IMG/VR virus record: IMGVR_UViG_3300048011_000525
Coordinates: 1-64,000 of that record
DNA: 64,000 nucleotides
From: a virus
Direction: 5' to 3' (one strand)
This document shows, in pieces, positions 36,408-46,041 of the stretch. The notes beneath the pieces were generated by a model. That model saw only the letters and a program-made list of their open reading frames with translations. It was not told the origin of the DNA and searched no databases. Position 1 is the stretch's first letter. Every line of letters starts with the position of its first letter. The position numbers and the translations under genes are program-made.

Positions 36408-38098
36408 TTAACTATTTCCCAAGCATAGCCGCTCATCATTTCTTCACGGTTAAATTGGCAATAACTTAGATGACACATTAAAGAATGCATTTCGTCTTTA
36501 TCTGGCATATTAAGATTTTCAACATCGGTTAAACTTGTATTACATACTGCTGTAGCACAGTTGGGACCTAGTGCAATAGCAGGTTTACCAAAATTTAATG
36601 CTTCGAGTGCTGCAATACTGTTATATGTAATAACACAGTATACATCATCTGCCATTGCTGCTTCTAATGATTGATTAGTGATTCTATCTCTACGATCTGG
36701 TTTTAGTCTAATTTCAATAGGACGATCAGTATACTTACGCAACTCGTTACTTACATTATTAACCCACTCTTCTGGCATTGGTTGATCCCATAACATCATA
36801 ACTTTTTCGCTAGGCGGAACTAATAGAATTTTTTTACCTTCACCTTTAAATTTTTTATATTTCCAATTTAATAATCTATCATCAGGTCTACTAACAATTG
36901 ATTGCGTATTTTGTAATTCGTTCTTTGTAACACGATGCCATATCTTTGCTTTACTACCTTCGTTGCCAAAATATCCTGTATCAATAGCATAAAACTCTCT
37001 ACCAGTTTCCCAACAGTGTTTAATAGCTTTGCGACTTCCGCCGCCAAGACCTCTGATAATTAAAGGTGTATCGGTAGTTTCTTCTGTCTTCCAGTCACTT
37101 AGTCGACCATTACTGCCAATTACAAAAGATTGCAAGTACTCATCGTATTGCAATCCATCCTTATAATTACTAATACCTTCTTCAGGCGCAATTGCAGCAT
37201 TTTTGTGAACAGTGCCTTTCATAAATTTATTTTGTATAACTTTCATGGCTTCTTCCTGTGTATTGCTGTAGTACTTACCGTGTATGTCCAGCGGTCCGGT
37301 TATTAATGTATGTATTGCTGTTTTTAAATCTTCAGGCAATGTTAATGCATTAAAGTGCGAACCTTTTGATTTTGCGTTAATTACTTTTTGTTCAGCGCCT
37401 TTAATACTTTCTAATAGATACTTACGTTCAGCTCTATAATATTCTAAGTTGTACTCACAGTCTTTATATTCTTCAAACCAAGGGCCGCCTTCTGTGTAAT
37501 GTAAAAACTTAGGCTTGCCGTCTTTAGGCTCTTTGTACCAACCTACTAACCAGTTCCATTCGTGACTGATCTTGCCTATTTCGCTATCATTAAGCCAGCT
37601 AAATCTATGTAAATACTTGCCATCAATGTCTGGGTCGTTTACTAAGTCTTTTGTTAGTTTTTCATTTGAAGGGTGACCACAGTTGAATAACATCATGCTT
37701 GACCAATTTTTACGTGGATAGTTAAGTTGTTGTTTGCCATCCATCTTTGTGCCTTCTTTTGGCGTATAATCATGCTGTGCGCACATTACTGCATATTTGT
37801 CGTCTGCTTGATCAAATAGTTTTTTAACATCATCGAGTGCAATAAAGTCACAGTCGATAAACAATGCCCAGCCATTAAATTCAGCAAGTTCTGGTACAAG
37901 AAATCTAGTAAATGTAAATTCAGTGCTTGCTAGTTTATCTGATTTGCGCCAGTATAAACCTTCTCGTTTTAAATTACGCTGCTTTAGCGGAACAATTTCA
38001 ACATTAACACTTGCAGTATCTATTAGGCTTTGTTTACAGGCCTGAAAAGCTATGTCTTCTCTACTATCCCAACCTACATAAATTCTTAATGGTTCCAT
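36404..38098 (-). CDS. Two-domain glycosyltransferase (GT8-like plus KpsS-like)
   Basis: STEFTFTRF, DCD, PRKNWSS, HYTEGGPW; C-terminal VITYNS.AALEA...GKP. Confidence 0.75.
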   Translation of the reverse strand: MEPLRIYVGWDSREDIAFQACKQSLIDTASVNVEIVPLKQRNLKREGLYWRKSDKLASTEFTFTRFLVPELAEFNGWALFIDCDFIALDDVKKLFDQADDKYAVMCAQHDYTPKEGTKMDGKQQLNYPRKNWSSMMLFNCGHPSNEKLTKDLVNDPDIDGKYLHRFSWLNDSEIGKISHEWNWLVGWYKEPKDGKPKFLHYTEGGPWFEEYKDCEYNLEYYRAERKYLLESIKGAEQKVINAKSKGSHFNALTLPEDLKTAIHTLITGPLDIHGKYYSNTQEEAMKVIQNKFMKGTVHKNAAIAPEEGISNYKDGLQYDEYLQSFVIGSNGRLSDWKTEETTDTPLIIRGLGGGSRKAIKHCWETGREFYAIDTGYFGNEGSKAKIWHRVTKNELQNTQSIVSRPDDRLLNWKYKKFKGEGKKILLVPPSEKVMMLWDQPMPEEWVNNVSNELRKYTDRPIEIRLKPDRRDRITNQSLEAAMADDVYCVITYNSIAALEALNFGKPAIALGPNCATAVCNTSLTDVENLNMPDKDEMHSLMCHLSYCQFNREEMMSGYAWEIVK

Positions 38099-38869
38099 TT
38101 AATCCCTTCTTTCAATGTCTTCTTCATAACACTTTCCCCGTTGTATTTCAAGGATGTGTGCATTTTCTTTACCTGGATTGCTTGCTTTGTGCCAAACTTC
38201 TTTAGCAATGTTATAAGGTCTACTTTCAGGTTCTAATAGTATTGAACTTTGTACACTGTTCCATTCAGTGTCCATTTTTACTTTACCTTCTAGTACGGCC
38301 CATTGTTCTGAACGTTTAAAATGTTTTTGATCACTTAAACTTTTGCCAGGATAAATTACAAGTTCTTTTACTTTGTAACCTTTCTCAGGCTTGTCATCTA
38401 GCACACGCCAATAGCCCCAGTCACGTTCTGTCTTTTGCGTTTTCCACTCATCAAGTATCCAACTGCTACTGTTGGCTTTGTTACTGCCGCCTACGCCAAA
38501 TGCAAACTCGCACCAACGATAGCCACCGTATACTTCATATTCAGGAGTTGTTGTATTGGTTCGATCTCCGCCGTTTGCAAAGATCATAATGTCGTCACCT
38601 GAAATCATTGTTGCTACTTGGCCAATTGCTTTGTTTGCTGTGTTGTCTAGATCGTCAAATCCAATAACCTGATCAACTACTTCTAGTTCTTTTATAATAG
38701 CACAACGTTCTTCAAAAGACATAAATGGTCTGCCTTTTTTGCGTGTTAACCAGTCGTCGCTATTCACGCCAACAATAAGTTTGTTGCCGAGTTTTTTTGC
38801 TGCTTTAAAATAGGCAATATGCCCTGAATGGAGAGGATCAAACCCTCCGGTAACTAACACTACTTTCAT
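38099..38869 (-). CDS. Cytidylyltransferase-like domain fused to a mannose-6-P isomerase-type cupin
   Basis: GGFDPLHSGH, FANGGDR; RDWG...SDQKHFKRSE, EEDIER. Confidence 0.85.
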   Translation of the reverse strand: MKVVLVTGGFDPLHSGHIAYFKAAKKLGNKLIVGVNSDDWLTRKKGRPFMSFEERCAIIKELEVVDQVIGFDDLDNTANKAIGQVATMISGDDIMIFANGGDRTNTTTPEYEVYGGYRWCEFAFGVGGSNKANSSSWILDEWKTQKTERDWGYWRVLDDKPEKGYKVKELVIYPGKSLSDQKHFKRSEQWAVLEGKVKMDTEWNSVQSSILLEPESRPYNIAKEVWHKASNPGKENAHILEIQRGKCYEEDIERRD

Positions 38870-38889
38870 GTAGATATTTATGTGCGCAG

Positions 38890-39528
38890 TTATTGACTTT
38901 TTATGTTATTGAGTTCTTCTATTGTTAATGCCCAAGTAGACATTGCAAGATCATAATTGTAATTAACGATATCTTGATACTCGTCGTTGCTTAGATTTTG
39001 AAAATTATGATTTTCTAAATATTTAAAAGTTTTTAAGAAATTTTTACCTAAGGGTGTTTCTTTAAATAGTATTGGAACTGTTTTGGAAAAAACGGTTTCT
39101 ATAAATCTATACGTCCAAGCATTATCATGATTATACCATTCGCCATTATGATTAGGAACAAGACTATATTTTGTTTGTGATATTATAGTATAGTATTCTT
39201 TATCAAAATCGTACTTTATTGCCTTATCTCTTCCTTTTTTTGAATTAACAATAAAGCTATTTTTGCCTTTGTACTTTTGAAGTAATTCTTGTCTACCTTT
39301 ATCTTCAAAGTGTCCTACAAAGCAAAAATCATATTTTTTATCCTTTGCTATTTTATCAATTTGATTAATATAACTTAAAGGATATTTAAGTTCAAATTTA
39401 AGTGTGTCGTTAAGAGTTATAAATCCATTTTGATGATCTACTATAATATCAAATTTAGAAGAGTCTATATTATTTTCTATTAAACACTTTTCAAATAGTT
39501 TATATTGTAATTTGTCTTTATCTTTCAT
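38890..39528 (-). CDS. Hypothetical glycosyltransferase-like protein
   Basis: YDFCFVG, KYSLVP, RFIE (exostosin/GT1-like tail). Confidence 0.55.
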   Translation of the reverse strand: MKDKDKLQYKLFEKCLIENNIDSSKFDIIVDHQNGFITLNDTLKFELKYPLSYINQIDKIAKDKKYDFCFVGHFEDKGRQELLQKYKGKNSFIVNSKKGRDKAIKYDFDKEYYTIISQTKYSLVPNHNGEWYNHDNAWTYRFIETVFSKTVPILFKETPLGKNFLKTFKYLENHNFQNLSNDEYQDIVNYNYDLAMSTWALTIEELNNIKSQ

Positions 39529-40229
39529 GCTAACTCTAAAAATTGTTCTTCTATATCTTTTGTTAAATCTTTGTTTCGATCATAATATTTTATGTTATCT
39601 AAACTCTTATTTGGATCAGTTAAACTGCATCCTACTGACATAAAGTAATCATAAAATTTTGTATCATCGCCTTTTACTTTTTTACTTAGTTTAATCCAAG
39701 CGGCCGGAATACCATACGCATGTGCTGCAATAATTCCGTGTAAACTACTACTAATTATTTTTTCACATTTAGTAATTTCTTGTGCTACTACTAATGGATC
39801 TTGATTAATAACGTCTATAATATTATATTTTGGAAAGTTCTCTTTTGCAAATTTATAATCTACAAAATGTGGAACAATACCTATCTTATATTCTTTTTTA
39901 CTTTCTTTACAAAACTTTGGCAACAATAAAGCAGGATCTCCATAAATATCGGGACAGACACCTCCGTCTCGAATTACATACTTTCTTGTTAACGGACCTC
40001 TTACAAATTTATATGTAGAATTAGGATTTAACTTATATTTTTTACTTGCAGTTCCTGATCCTAAAATTAATGCATTATCGTTTGCTAATCTTGCTATGCT
40101 TCCTATGCATAAAGTATTAGCACTATCCTTTTCTGTAAATTTGTAATTTAAATTATAGTAATCAAAAATATAAGGACTTAATAAGTCTCCAAAGTTATTA
40201 TCTTGTTTCATCCACCAAAGATTATACAT
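39525..40229 (-). CDS. Polysaccharide pyruvyl transferase family
   Basis: NFGDLL, VRGP, GDPALL, SSSLHG. Confidence 0.85.
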   Translation of the reverse strand: MYNLWWMKQDNNFGDLLSPYIFDYYNLNYKFTEKDSANTLCIGSIARLANDNALILGSGTASKKYKLNPNSTYKFVRGPLTRKYVIRDGGVCPDIYGDPALLLPKFCKESKKEYKIGIVPHFVDYKFAKENFPKYNIIDVINQDPLVVAQEITKCEKIISSSLHGIIAAHAYGIPAAWIKLSKKVKGDDTKFYDYFMSVGCSLTDPNKSLDNIKYYDRNKDLTKDIEEQFLELA

Positions 40230-40909
40230 TAAAGATTCCTTGTTAAACTTTCAGTTTCAATATTACTACCAATTGCATAAAAAGGATGTAATCTTACTAC
40301 AGTAGGTACAGTAGTTTTAAGATTCAAAAGAGTATTGTTTATTTGCTGATCAGCAGGTCTATGTCCGTATGTTCTTGCACTATATACTAGTTTCCGGGCG
40401 CCCCTGGGTTTTAGTATATATGAATACGCACCTTTAAAGTAATTACTTATACCGTGTTTGCTTAAATTTTTACTAGAAGGATTTATATAATCTTGTATAG
40501 TTATAGAACTATGCTTTTCTTGATCTAATAATTTATCGTACTTACTACTATAAGGATCTAATCTGTCTAATTTAAGTACATCAGTAAATCCGTCTAATAT
40601 GTCGTTAGGCAATCTTCTAATAAAATAACCGTCATGTTCTAGTATAATAATGGGCTCATTTAGATCTATACATTTTTCCCAGAGATAGAAATGACTGAAA
40701 AAACAACCCGAAACACCGGGTCTATTTTTCTTAAATTTACCAGCTTTTACAATTCCAGTACGTTCGTAATGGTATTCTGAATTATGACCGTTTATAGCTT
40801 TAAAAAAATCAGGCTGCAAGTTAAATTTAACAGCCTGTTCGTAACACTCTTGTGCCATTCGACACGAATGATCATTTTCTTCTAGTCGAATAATAAAACT
40901 TTTTATCAA
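40229..40909 (-). CDS. Glycosyltransferase family 25
   Basis: FKAING, GCFFSHFYLW, ILEHD, GAYSY. Confidence 0.85.
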   Translation of the reverse strand: MIKSFIIRLEENDHSCRMAQECYEQAVKFNLQPDFFKAINGHNSEYHYERTGIVKAGKFKKNRPGVSGCFFSHFYLWEKCIDLNEPIIILEHDGYFIRRLPNDILDGFTDVLKLDRLDPYSSKYDKLLDQEKHSSITIQDYINPSSKNLSKHGISNYFKGAYSYILKPRGARKLVYSARTYGHRPADQQINNTLLNLKTTVPTVVRLHPFYAIGSNIETESLTRNL

Positions 40910-41361
40910 AGACTTGCATCCTCCATGCCAGCAACACGTAACTTAACTACATTAGTAATTTGCCATTGCTTTTGATCAAGTGCTTTAAGCACACCTAACC
41001 ACTTGTTGCGCATAAGAGCAAACTCGTTAATAATCTTTTCGTAGTCAACAACGTCTGCCTCACCGTCTACGTATTTTTCAACGTCACGGCTTGACAGAGC
41101 TCGTTGATAATTTTCAAGATATTTCTTAAAGTATGAACTACGCAATCTGCGTAGCTCAATATTTAAGTAGTTTAGGATTGCTTCAATTTCTTGAAGTTGG
41201 TTAAAGCGATGTTCTACAATGCCCGGCATACTTGCTGCCGCTTTTTCTACATTGCCTGCAAGTTTGCATTCAACTCTTGCGTCTACTAATTCCTGTTCAA
41301 AGTATGCTACAGCATTAGGAATTTTGCCTACGTCACGAGATATCTCGCTATACCAACCCAT
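40906..41361 (-). CDS. uvsY: UvsY-like recombination mediator
   Basis: Helical protein, DVEKYVDGE..., downstream of uvsX. Confidence 0.7.
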   Translation of the reverse strand: MGWYSEISRDVGKIPNAVAYFEQELVDARVECKLAGNVEKAAASMPGIVEHRFNQLQEIEAILNYLNIELRRLRSSYFKKYLENYQRALSSRDVEKYVDGEADVVDYEKIINEFALMRNKWLGVLKALDQKQWQITNVVKLRVAGMEDASL

Positions 41362-41364
41362 AAA

Positions 41365-41595
41365 TTAATCCCATTCTTCTTCTTCGTCAAGAACATCATC
41401 GTCATCTAAGTCTAAATAATAGTTAATGGCATGATCAAGTGCATAATCATTTCCTAAACAATTAGTAAGTGTATCATCAGCTGTACCCATGTCTGCCATT
41501 AAATCTACAAATCGTTCAGCAGCCATCTCGACATGTTTTTTATCAAGATACTCCTTAAACATATTCCAAACATCTATGATCTGTTCTTCTTCCAT
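41365..41595 (-). CDS. Small acidic hypothetical protein
   Basis: GAGGAG RBS; in the operon. Confidence 0.75.
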   Translation of the reverse strand: MEEEQIIDVWNMFKEYLDKKHVEMAAERFVDLMADMGTADDTLTNCLGNDYALDHAINYYLDLDDDDVLDEEEEWD

Positions 41596-41600
41596 ACAGT

Positions 41601-42692
41601 TTACTCCTCGACTGGTTGTAATTCATCAGTGTCAATGTCTTCGGTAACATCGTCGTCCGCGGTATTTACCACTTGCGATTGTTTTACGAGATAATCTGAC
41701 ATTACCTTGTCGAGGTTTTCACCAATCCACTTTTTACGATAGTCAAGGATTTCTTCACCATCAAGTGTAGTGTATGCAAGCCTGTTGCCTTGCTTTTTAA
41801 TAATGTCTTTTGCTTCAAACAATTCAAGCAAGCCACTATAAGGATTCATACCTGTTTCGTATGGAATCTTAACCTGTACGCCTTCAAACGGTTTAGCATA
41901 ACGTGTTTTCATAACTTTACAGCCTGCACGAATACCCATAACCTGGCTAATCTTATTGCCATCTTCATCTTCTTTTAGTTTCAATTTCTTCATTGCAACT
42001 ACAATAGATGATGCATAGATAAAGCCTTGTCCACCTGAAATCTTATCATCTGGATCAAACATATCTTGCGATGCGTATGTGTGGTTAGTACAAACTAATC
42101 CTACGTTATGGCTACCAATCATGTTAACTGTATTACGAACAAGTGAAGTCAATGCCTTAGGCTTACGACCCATATCACCTTTCATATCACCTTTGTTAAA
42201 CTGATCAACATCTGTAGGTGTTAGCAACATACCCAAACTATCAATAACAAACAATACTTTAGGACGATCTTCGTCTGGCATTGCTTTGTAGTCTGTCATA
42301 AATGTTGAAATAGTTTTTGCTACATCATCAATCATTGACATATTAAGTTTAAGTAGTTTTTCTTCTGAAGTGTCTACATCTAATGCATGTAGCCACGATT
42401 CATCAAGTGCATTCTCTGAGTCAATTAGTACTACAAAAATGCCTTGTTTTTGTGCTTCTTTTACAATGTTACCTGCACAGATATATGATTTACCTGCACC
42501 AGACTCTCCTGCAAAAACTGTAACCTTACCCATTGGAACACCTTTGTTAAAGTCTCCTGAGATAAGATAGTTGAGTGCGTAGTTACCTGTGCTAATCCAA
42601 TCAGTAGGGTCATTAAAACCTGCACTCATACCTGAAATAGATTTAGTTAACGAGTTTCTAAACTTCGTTGGGTCGAATGATTTATTCGCCAT
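41601..42692 (-). CDS. uvsX: RecA-like recombinase
   Basis: GESGAGKS, DSE, VIDSLG, SGG.G..YASS. Confidence 0.93.
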   Translation of the reverse strand: MANKSFDPTKFRNSLTKSISGMSAGFNDPTDWISTGNYALNYLISGDFNKGVPMGKVTVFAGESGAGKSYICAGNIVKEAQKQGIFVVLIDSENALDESWLHALDVDTSEEKLLKLNMSMIDDVAKTISTFMTDYKAMPDEDRPKVLFVIDSLGMLLTPTDVDQFNKGDMKGDMGRKPKALTSLVRNTVNMIGSHNVGLVCTNHTYASQDMFDPDDKISGGQGFIYASSIVVAMKKLKLKEDEDGNKISQVMGIRAGCKVMKTRYAKPFEGVQVKIPYETGMNPYSGLLELFEAKDIIKKQGNRLAYTTLDGEEILDYRKKWIGENLDKVMSDYLVKQSQVVNTADDDVTEDIDTDELQPVEE

Positions 42693-42715
42693 GTGTATCT
42701 CCTATCTAAAAAGTT

Positions 42716-42766
42716 GGGCAACTAAAAAGGGTTGCAATCAGTAAAAGCAACCCTTTTAGCTTGCTC
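42716..42766. terminator. Long hairpin between the ssb and uvsX genes (terminator or processing site)
   Basis: CTAAAAAGGGTTGC...GCAACCCTTTTAG inverted repeat. Confidence 0.55.
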
Positions 42767-42769
42767 TTA

Positions 42770-43741
42770 TTAACCTTGACGGCTTCTAATCATTGCTAGA
42801 ATGTCTTGGGCGTTGCCACCTTCTGCAGGAGCCGCTTCAGCCGCTGGTGCTGGAGTTGCTACTGGTGCTGCCTCTGCTACTGGAGCAGGTGCTGCCGCAG
42901 GAGTTGGTGCAGGAGTACTTGCTGCCGGAGCAACAGGGTCACCTGTACGTTGTGCCATACCCGCTGGACGGAAATATTGTCCCCAACGATCCATGTCAAA
43001 TGCTTCACCATCTACTGATGCTTCGAACATTTCTTGCATGACTTTGAGTTCAACATCGCCTGGCTTTTTAGGTAAGAAGTCACTTAGATTAAACAATCCG
43101 TGTGCATTAACAGCAGCCATTTCATTATCACCTAGTGGACGATCTCTACGTGCCCAATTAGATGTTGAATAGTCTGCATATCCGCCTTTAGTAGTTTTAT
43201 TAAGACGGAAGTCTACACCAGCAGTATAATCTGTTGGCAATTCTTCCATATCTGGATCCATAAGCGCCTGCTTAATGATATTGAAGATTTGAGGACCGAT
43301 AATAAATCTACGGATTGGATTCTCCGGAGTAGTGTCCTCGTTTAATGGGTTATCCGTTACAAAGCCTTGGAAGATGTAAGAACGCTTTTTCCAATACTTA
43401 CGACCCATATCTTCTAGACTTGGATCTTTAAACCAACCACGTACTTCGTTAAGAATGTTACATGTTTCGCCATACATTTCCATACACGGAATTTGTACTT
43501 GTACTGGACGCGAATCTGTTTGTCCTTTAACGCCTGCAAATGGTAGTTTAATTACCAAACGCTCTTGCCAAAAGAATGTGTTATCAGCGTTGCCATCAGG
43601 AAGGAAACGCAGAGTTGAACTCTCGCCTTCTTTCATATTCCAAAATGGGTAAATGCTGTTGTCACCACCGCCTGAATTGCGGTTGTTGTTTCCTGATTCT
43701 TGCTCTTTGAGCTTTGCTCGGATTTCTGCTAATGATGCCAT
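42770..43741 (-). CDS. gp32: Single-stranded DNA-binding protein (T4 gp32 type)
   Basis: LRFLP, D.TAGVDFRL, GYADYSTS, Ala/Pro-rich tail; next to uvsX. Confidence 0.85.
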   Translation of the reverse strand: MASLAEIRAKLKEQESGNNNRNSGGGDNSIYPFWNMKEGESSTLRFLPDGNADNTFFWQERLVIKLPFAGVKGQTDSRPVQVQIPCMEMYGETCNILNEVRGWFKDPSLEDMGRKYWKKRSYIFQGFVTDNPLNEDTTPENPIRRFIIGPQIFNIIKQALMDPDMEELPTDYTAGVDFRLNKTTKGGYADYSTSNWARRDRPLGDNEMAAVNAHGLFNLSDFLPKKPGDVELKVMQEMFEASVDGEAFDMDRWGQYFRPAGMAQRTGDPVAPAASTPAPTPAAAPAPVAEAAPVATPAPAAEAAPAEGGNAQDILAMIRSRQG

Positions 43742-43904
43742 AGTTAATGCCTCCTAAATGTTATGCCTATGTGCAGTAGCTACATTGCTACTAGTGCCTG
43801 TTTTGTTTGTAGCACAGTTCTTATTATATGCTATTCTACAAACGTTGTCAAGTCTTTTTTAAAGAAAAACTTAAAAACTTAATGGATTACTCATCCAATT
43901 CTAT

Positions 43905-46031
43905 TTATCTTAAGCCTGCTAGTTCTTTCATTCTTTCGAATTCTTCTGACTGTCCTGCTTTTGATCTAATGTAGTCTGCTAAGATTAACATTCTATCAGC
44001 AGCTTCGCCTGCTGTATCTTTCTTTAAAGGATTGTCAAAAATGCTAAATGTTTTCTTAGTAAATTCTTTTGCTTTCTGCTCAAGCATGTCTGCAACTTTA
44101 TCCATCGGTGCATTATACTTCTTGAGCATATCAACCATTTTTTGTGCTGCACTGTCGTCGCCCATAACAAAATCTTTAGTAATACCTTGTAACAGCTTTT
44201 CAAGTACACCTGCTCCGCCATCGTCTGGTAGACCTTCTTCCATGTCTGCTTCTTTGTAGCCCATTACTTCTGCAACTTTGTCACTGATCATTTCAATGAA
44301 CTTTTTAGCAGGAGTAATGTATTGCTCGCCGTAGTCTTTTTCTACCATTGTTAATACTGCTGTTTCGCCTTTTGGAAACTGCCCTGTTTCACGATCGAAG
44401 TAACTAAGAATAAATTCGCCTAACGGTGTTTTTTCGTCTTCTTTTTCTAATTTAATCTTTTCGCCATCTGGACCATCAATTTCGTCGCCTTTTTTCTTGC
44501 CATCTCTTTTAGCATCTTGTACTGCTTTAGCGTATGCATTGCCTTCATCCATGTTGTCCATTACGTTAGCAACCATTTCGGCAGCTTCTTCGCCGTCTGT
44601 TCCGGTAATTTTTTCTATATCGTCAAACATTGCTTTAGTAATAGGCATAGCTTCTAGTGCTTTTTCTTGATCGTCGTAATCCCAATCTGCGTAAGGCTTA
44701 CCAATCATTTTTTCTGCTTTTGCAGTTTCATTTTGTTCGTAAGCATCACTAAAGATTCCACTATCCATTAAGAACTTTACGTAGCCTTCTGGAAGAGTGT
44801 CGCCGTTGTTACCAATTTTTGTTTCGTATTTTTTGACCCAGGCTTCAATCTCACTTGTCTTTTCTTCTTCGCCTTCTGCAAATTGACCCATCATCTCGTT
44901 AAAGCCTTGCTCTAGTTCGGCTTCTTCTGGTACACAATTGTTGACACGTTTGCCGCCCTTCATTTTAGTTTTAGGGTTGCCAATCTTTTTACCGTCCCAA
45001 CATGCTGGCCCGCCTGCTGGTGAGCTTTTCTTTTCACTCATTAAATCTTCAGCAGTAAGTTCTTCAGCCTTAGTTGCTTCACTTACTAGTTTATAAATGT
45101 ACGGGAATACATCTGCTAATTCTTCATTAAACTGCTTGATAGTTAATTGATCAATCCAATTTTCAGCAACATCACTTGGAACATCTTCCATTACTGCTGG
45201 AGCAAATGCTTCAAATGTTTCTTTGTAATATGCAGGACGTTGTAGAGATTCTAGTGTCTTTTTAACTGTGGCGATACGTGTTTTAACTACGTCCATATAC
45301 TCGCTTAGGCTTTCTGCCATTACAGCACTACGACCCATGTAAGTTTTAAACTTGCGCAATTTTGACATTTCTTCTGACATACTAACAATATGCTTACCAA
45401 AATCATCATAAGCGTTTCCGCCTTCTGCTACGTGACGTGCCATTGCTCTTGCACCAGTTAAGTGCTTGTATGGATATTTAAATCTTTCGCCTTCTGCGCT
45501 TTCGATGTATAATGAGCCAACTTTCTTTGCTCTACCACCTGGTATTTCTTGATTAATGCCTTCGGTGTGTTTAATCATTAAACGTGCTCCATCAAAGTCT
45601 TGATAACTTACTCTTGATGTGCCGTACATCTTTGATTCATTCATGTTTTCGTCCCCGCCACGGTTATTTGCTAAAAATTTGTAATCTCTACTATCTAAAT
45701 TTGATTTAGTAATATCTCTTGTGTCAAATGCTAGTGTTCGCTTTCTTGCAAACATTCTCAATTCTTTTAAAAAGTCGTACCAGCCAGTCTTAGTTGAGTC
45801 ACCTTCGTTGGCAACTAAATCTTCACCATAAACAACTGCTACACCTTTTTCATCTAAACTTATGCTTACTTTTCCTACAGGACGTCCTTCACTAACAAAG
45901 TTAAAGTCGAAGTAACGACCTAACTTAGGTTCGTTTGTTACATTACCTTCGGCATCGCCGATAGTAACACTAGGAAAACGTCCTCGTATTTTATTGAATA
46001 GTTCTTCTGCTGTTAAGTCTAAATTCTGCAT
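43905..46031 (-). CDS. Large acidic virion (head-associated) protein
   Basis: Late TAAATA 4 nt before ATG; Glu-rich; ends ERMKELAGLR. Confidence 0.7.
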   Translation of the reverse strand: MQNLDLTAEELFNKIRGRFPSVTIGDAEGNVTNEPKLGRYFDFNFVSEGRPVGKVSISLDEKGVAVVYGEDLVANEGDSTKTGWYDFLKELRMFARKRTLAFDTRDITKSNLDSRDYKFLANNRGGDENMNESKMYGTSRVSYQDFDGARLMIKHTEGINQEIPGGRAKKVGSLYIESAEGERFKYPYKHLTGARAMARHVAEGGNAYDDFGKHIVSMSEEMSKLRKFKTYMGRSAVMAESLSEYMDVVKTRIATVKKTLESLQRPAYYKETFEAFAPAVMEDVPSDVAENWIDQLTIKQFNEELADVFPYIYKLVSEATKAEELTAEDLMSEKKSSPAGGPACWDGKKIGNPKTKMKGGKRVNNCVPEEAELEQGFNEMMGQFAEGEEEKTSEIEAWVKKYETKIGNNGDTLPEGYVKFLMDSGIFSDAYEQNETAKAEKMIGKPYADWDYDDQEKALEAMPITKAMFDDIEKITGTDGEEAAEMVANVMDNMDEGNAYAKAVQDAKRDGKKKGDEIDGPDGEKIKLEKEDEKTPLGEFILSYFDRETGQFPKGETAVLTMVEKDYGEQYITPAKKFIEMISDKVAEVMGYKEADMEEGLPDDGGAGVLEKLLQGITKDFVMGDDSAAQKMVDMLKKYNAPMDKVADMLEQKAKEFTKKTFSIFDNPLKKDTAGEAADRMLILADYIRSKAGQSEEFERMKELAGLR

Positions 46032-46041
46032 ATTGTATTTA

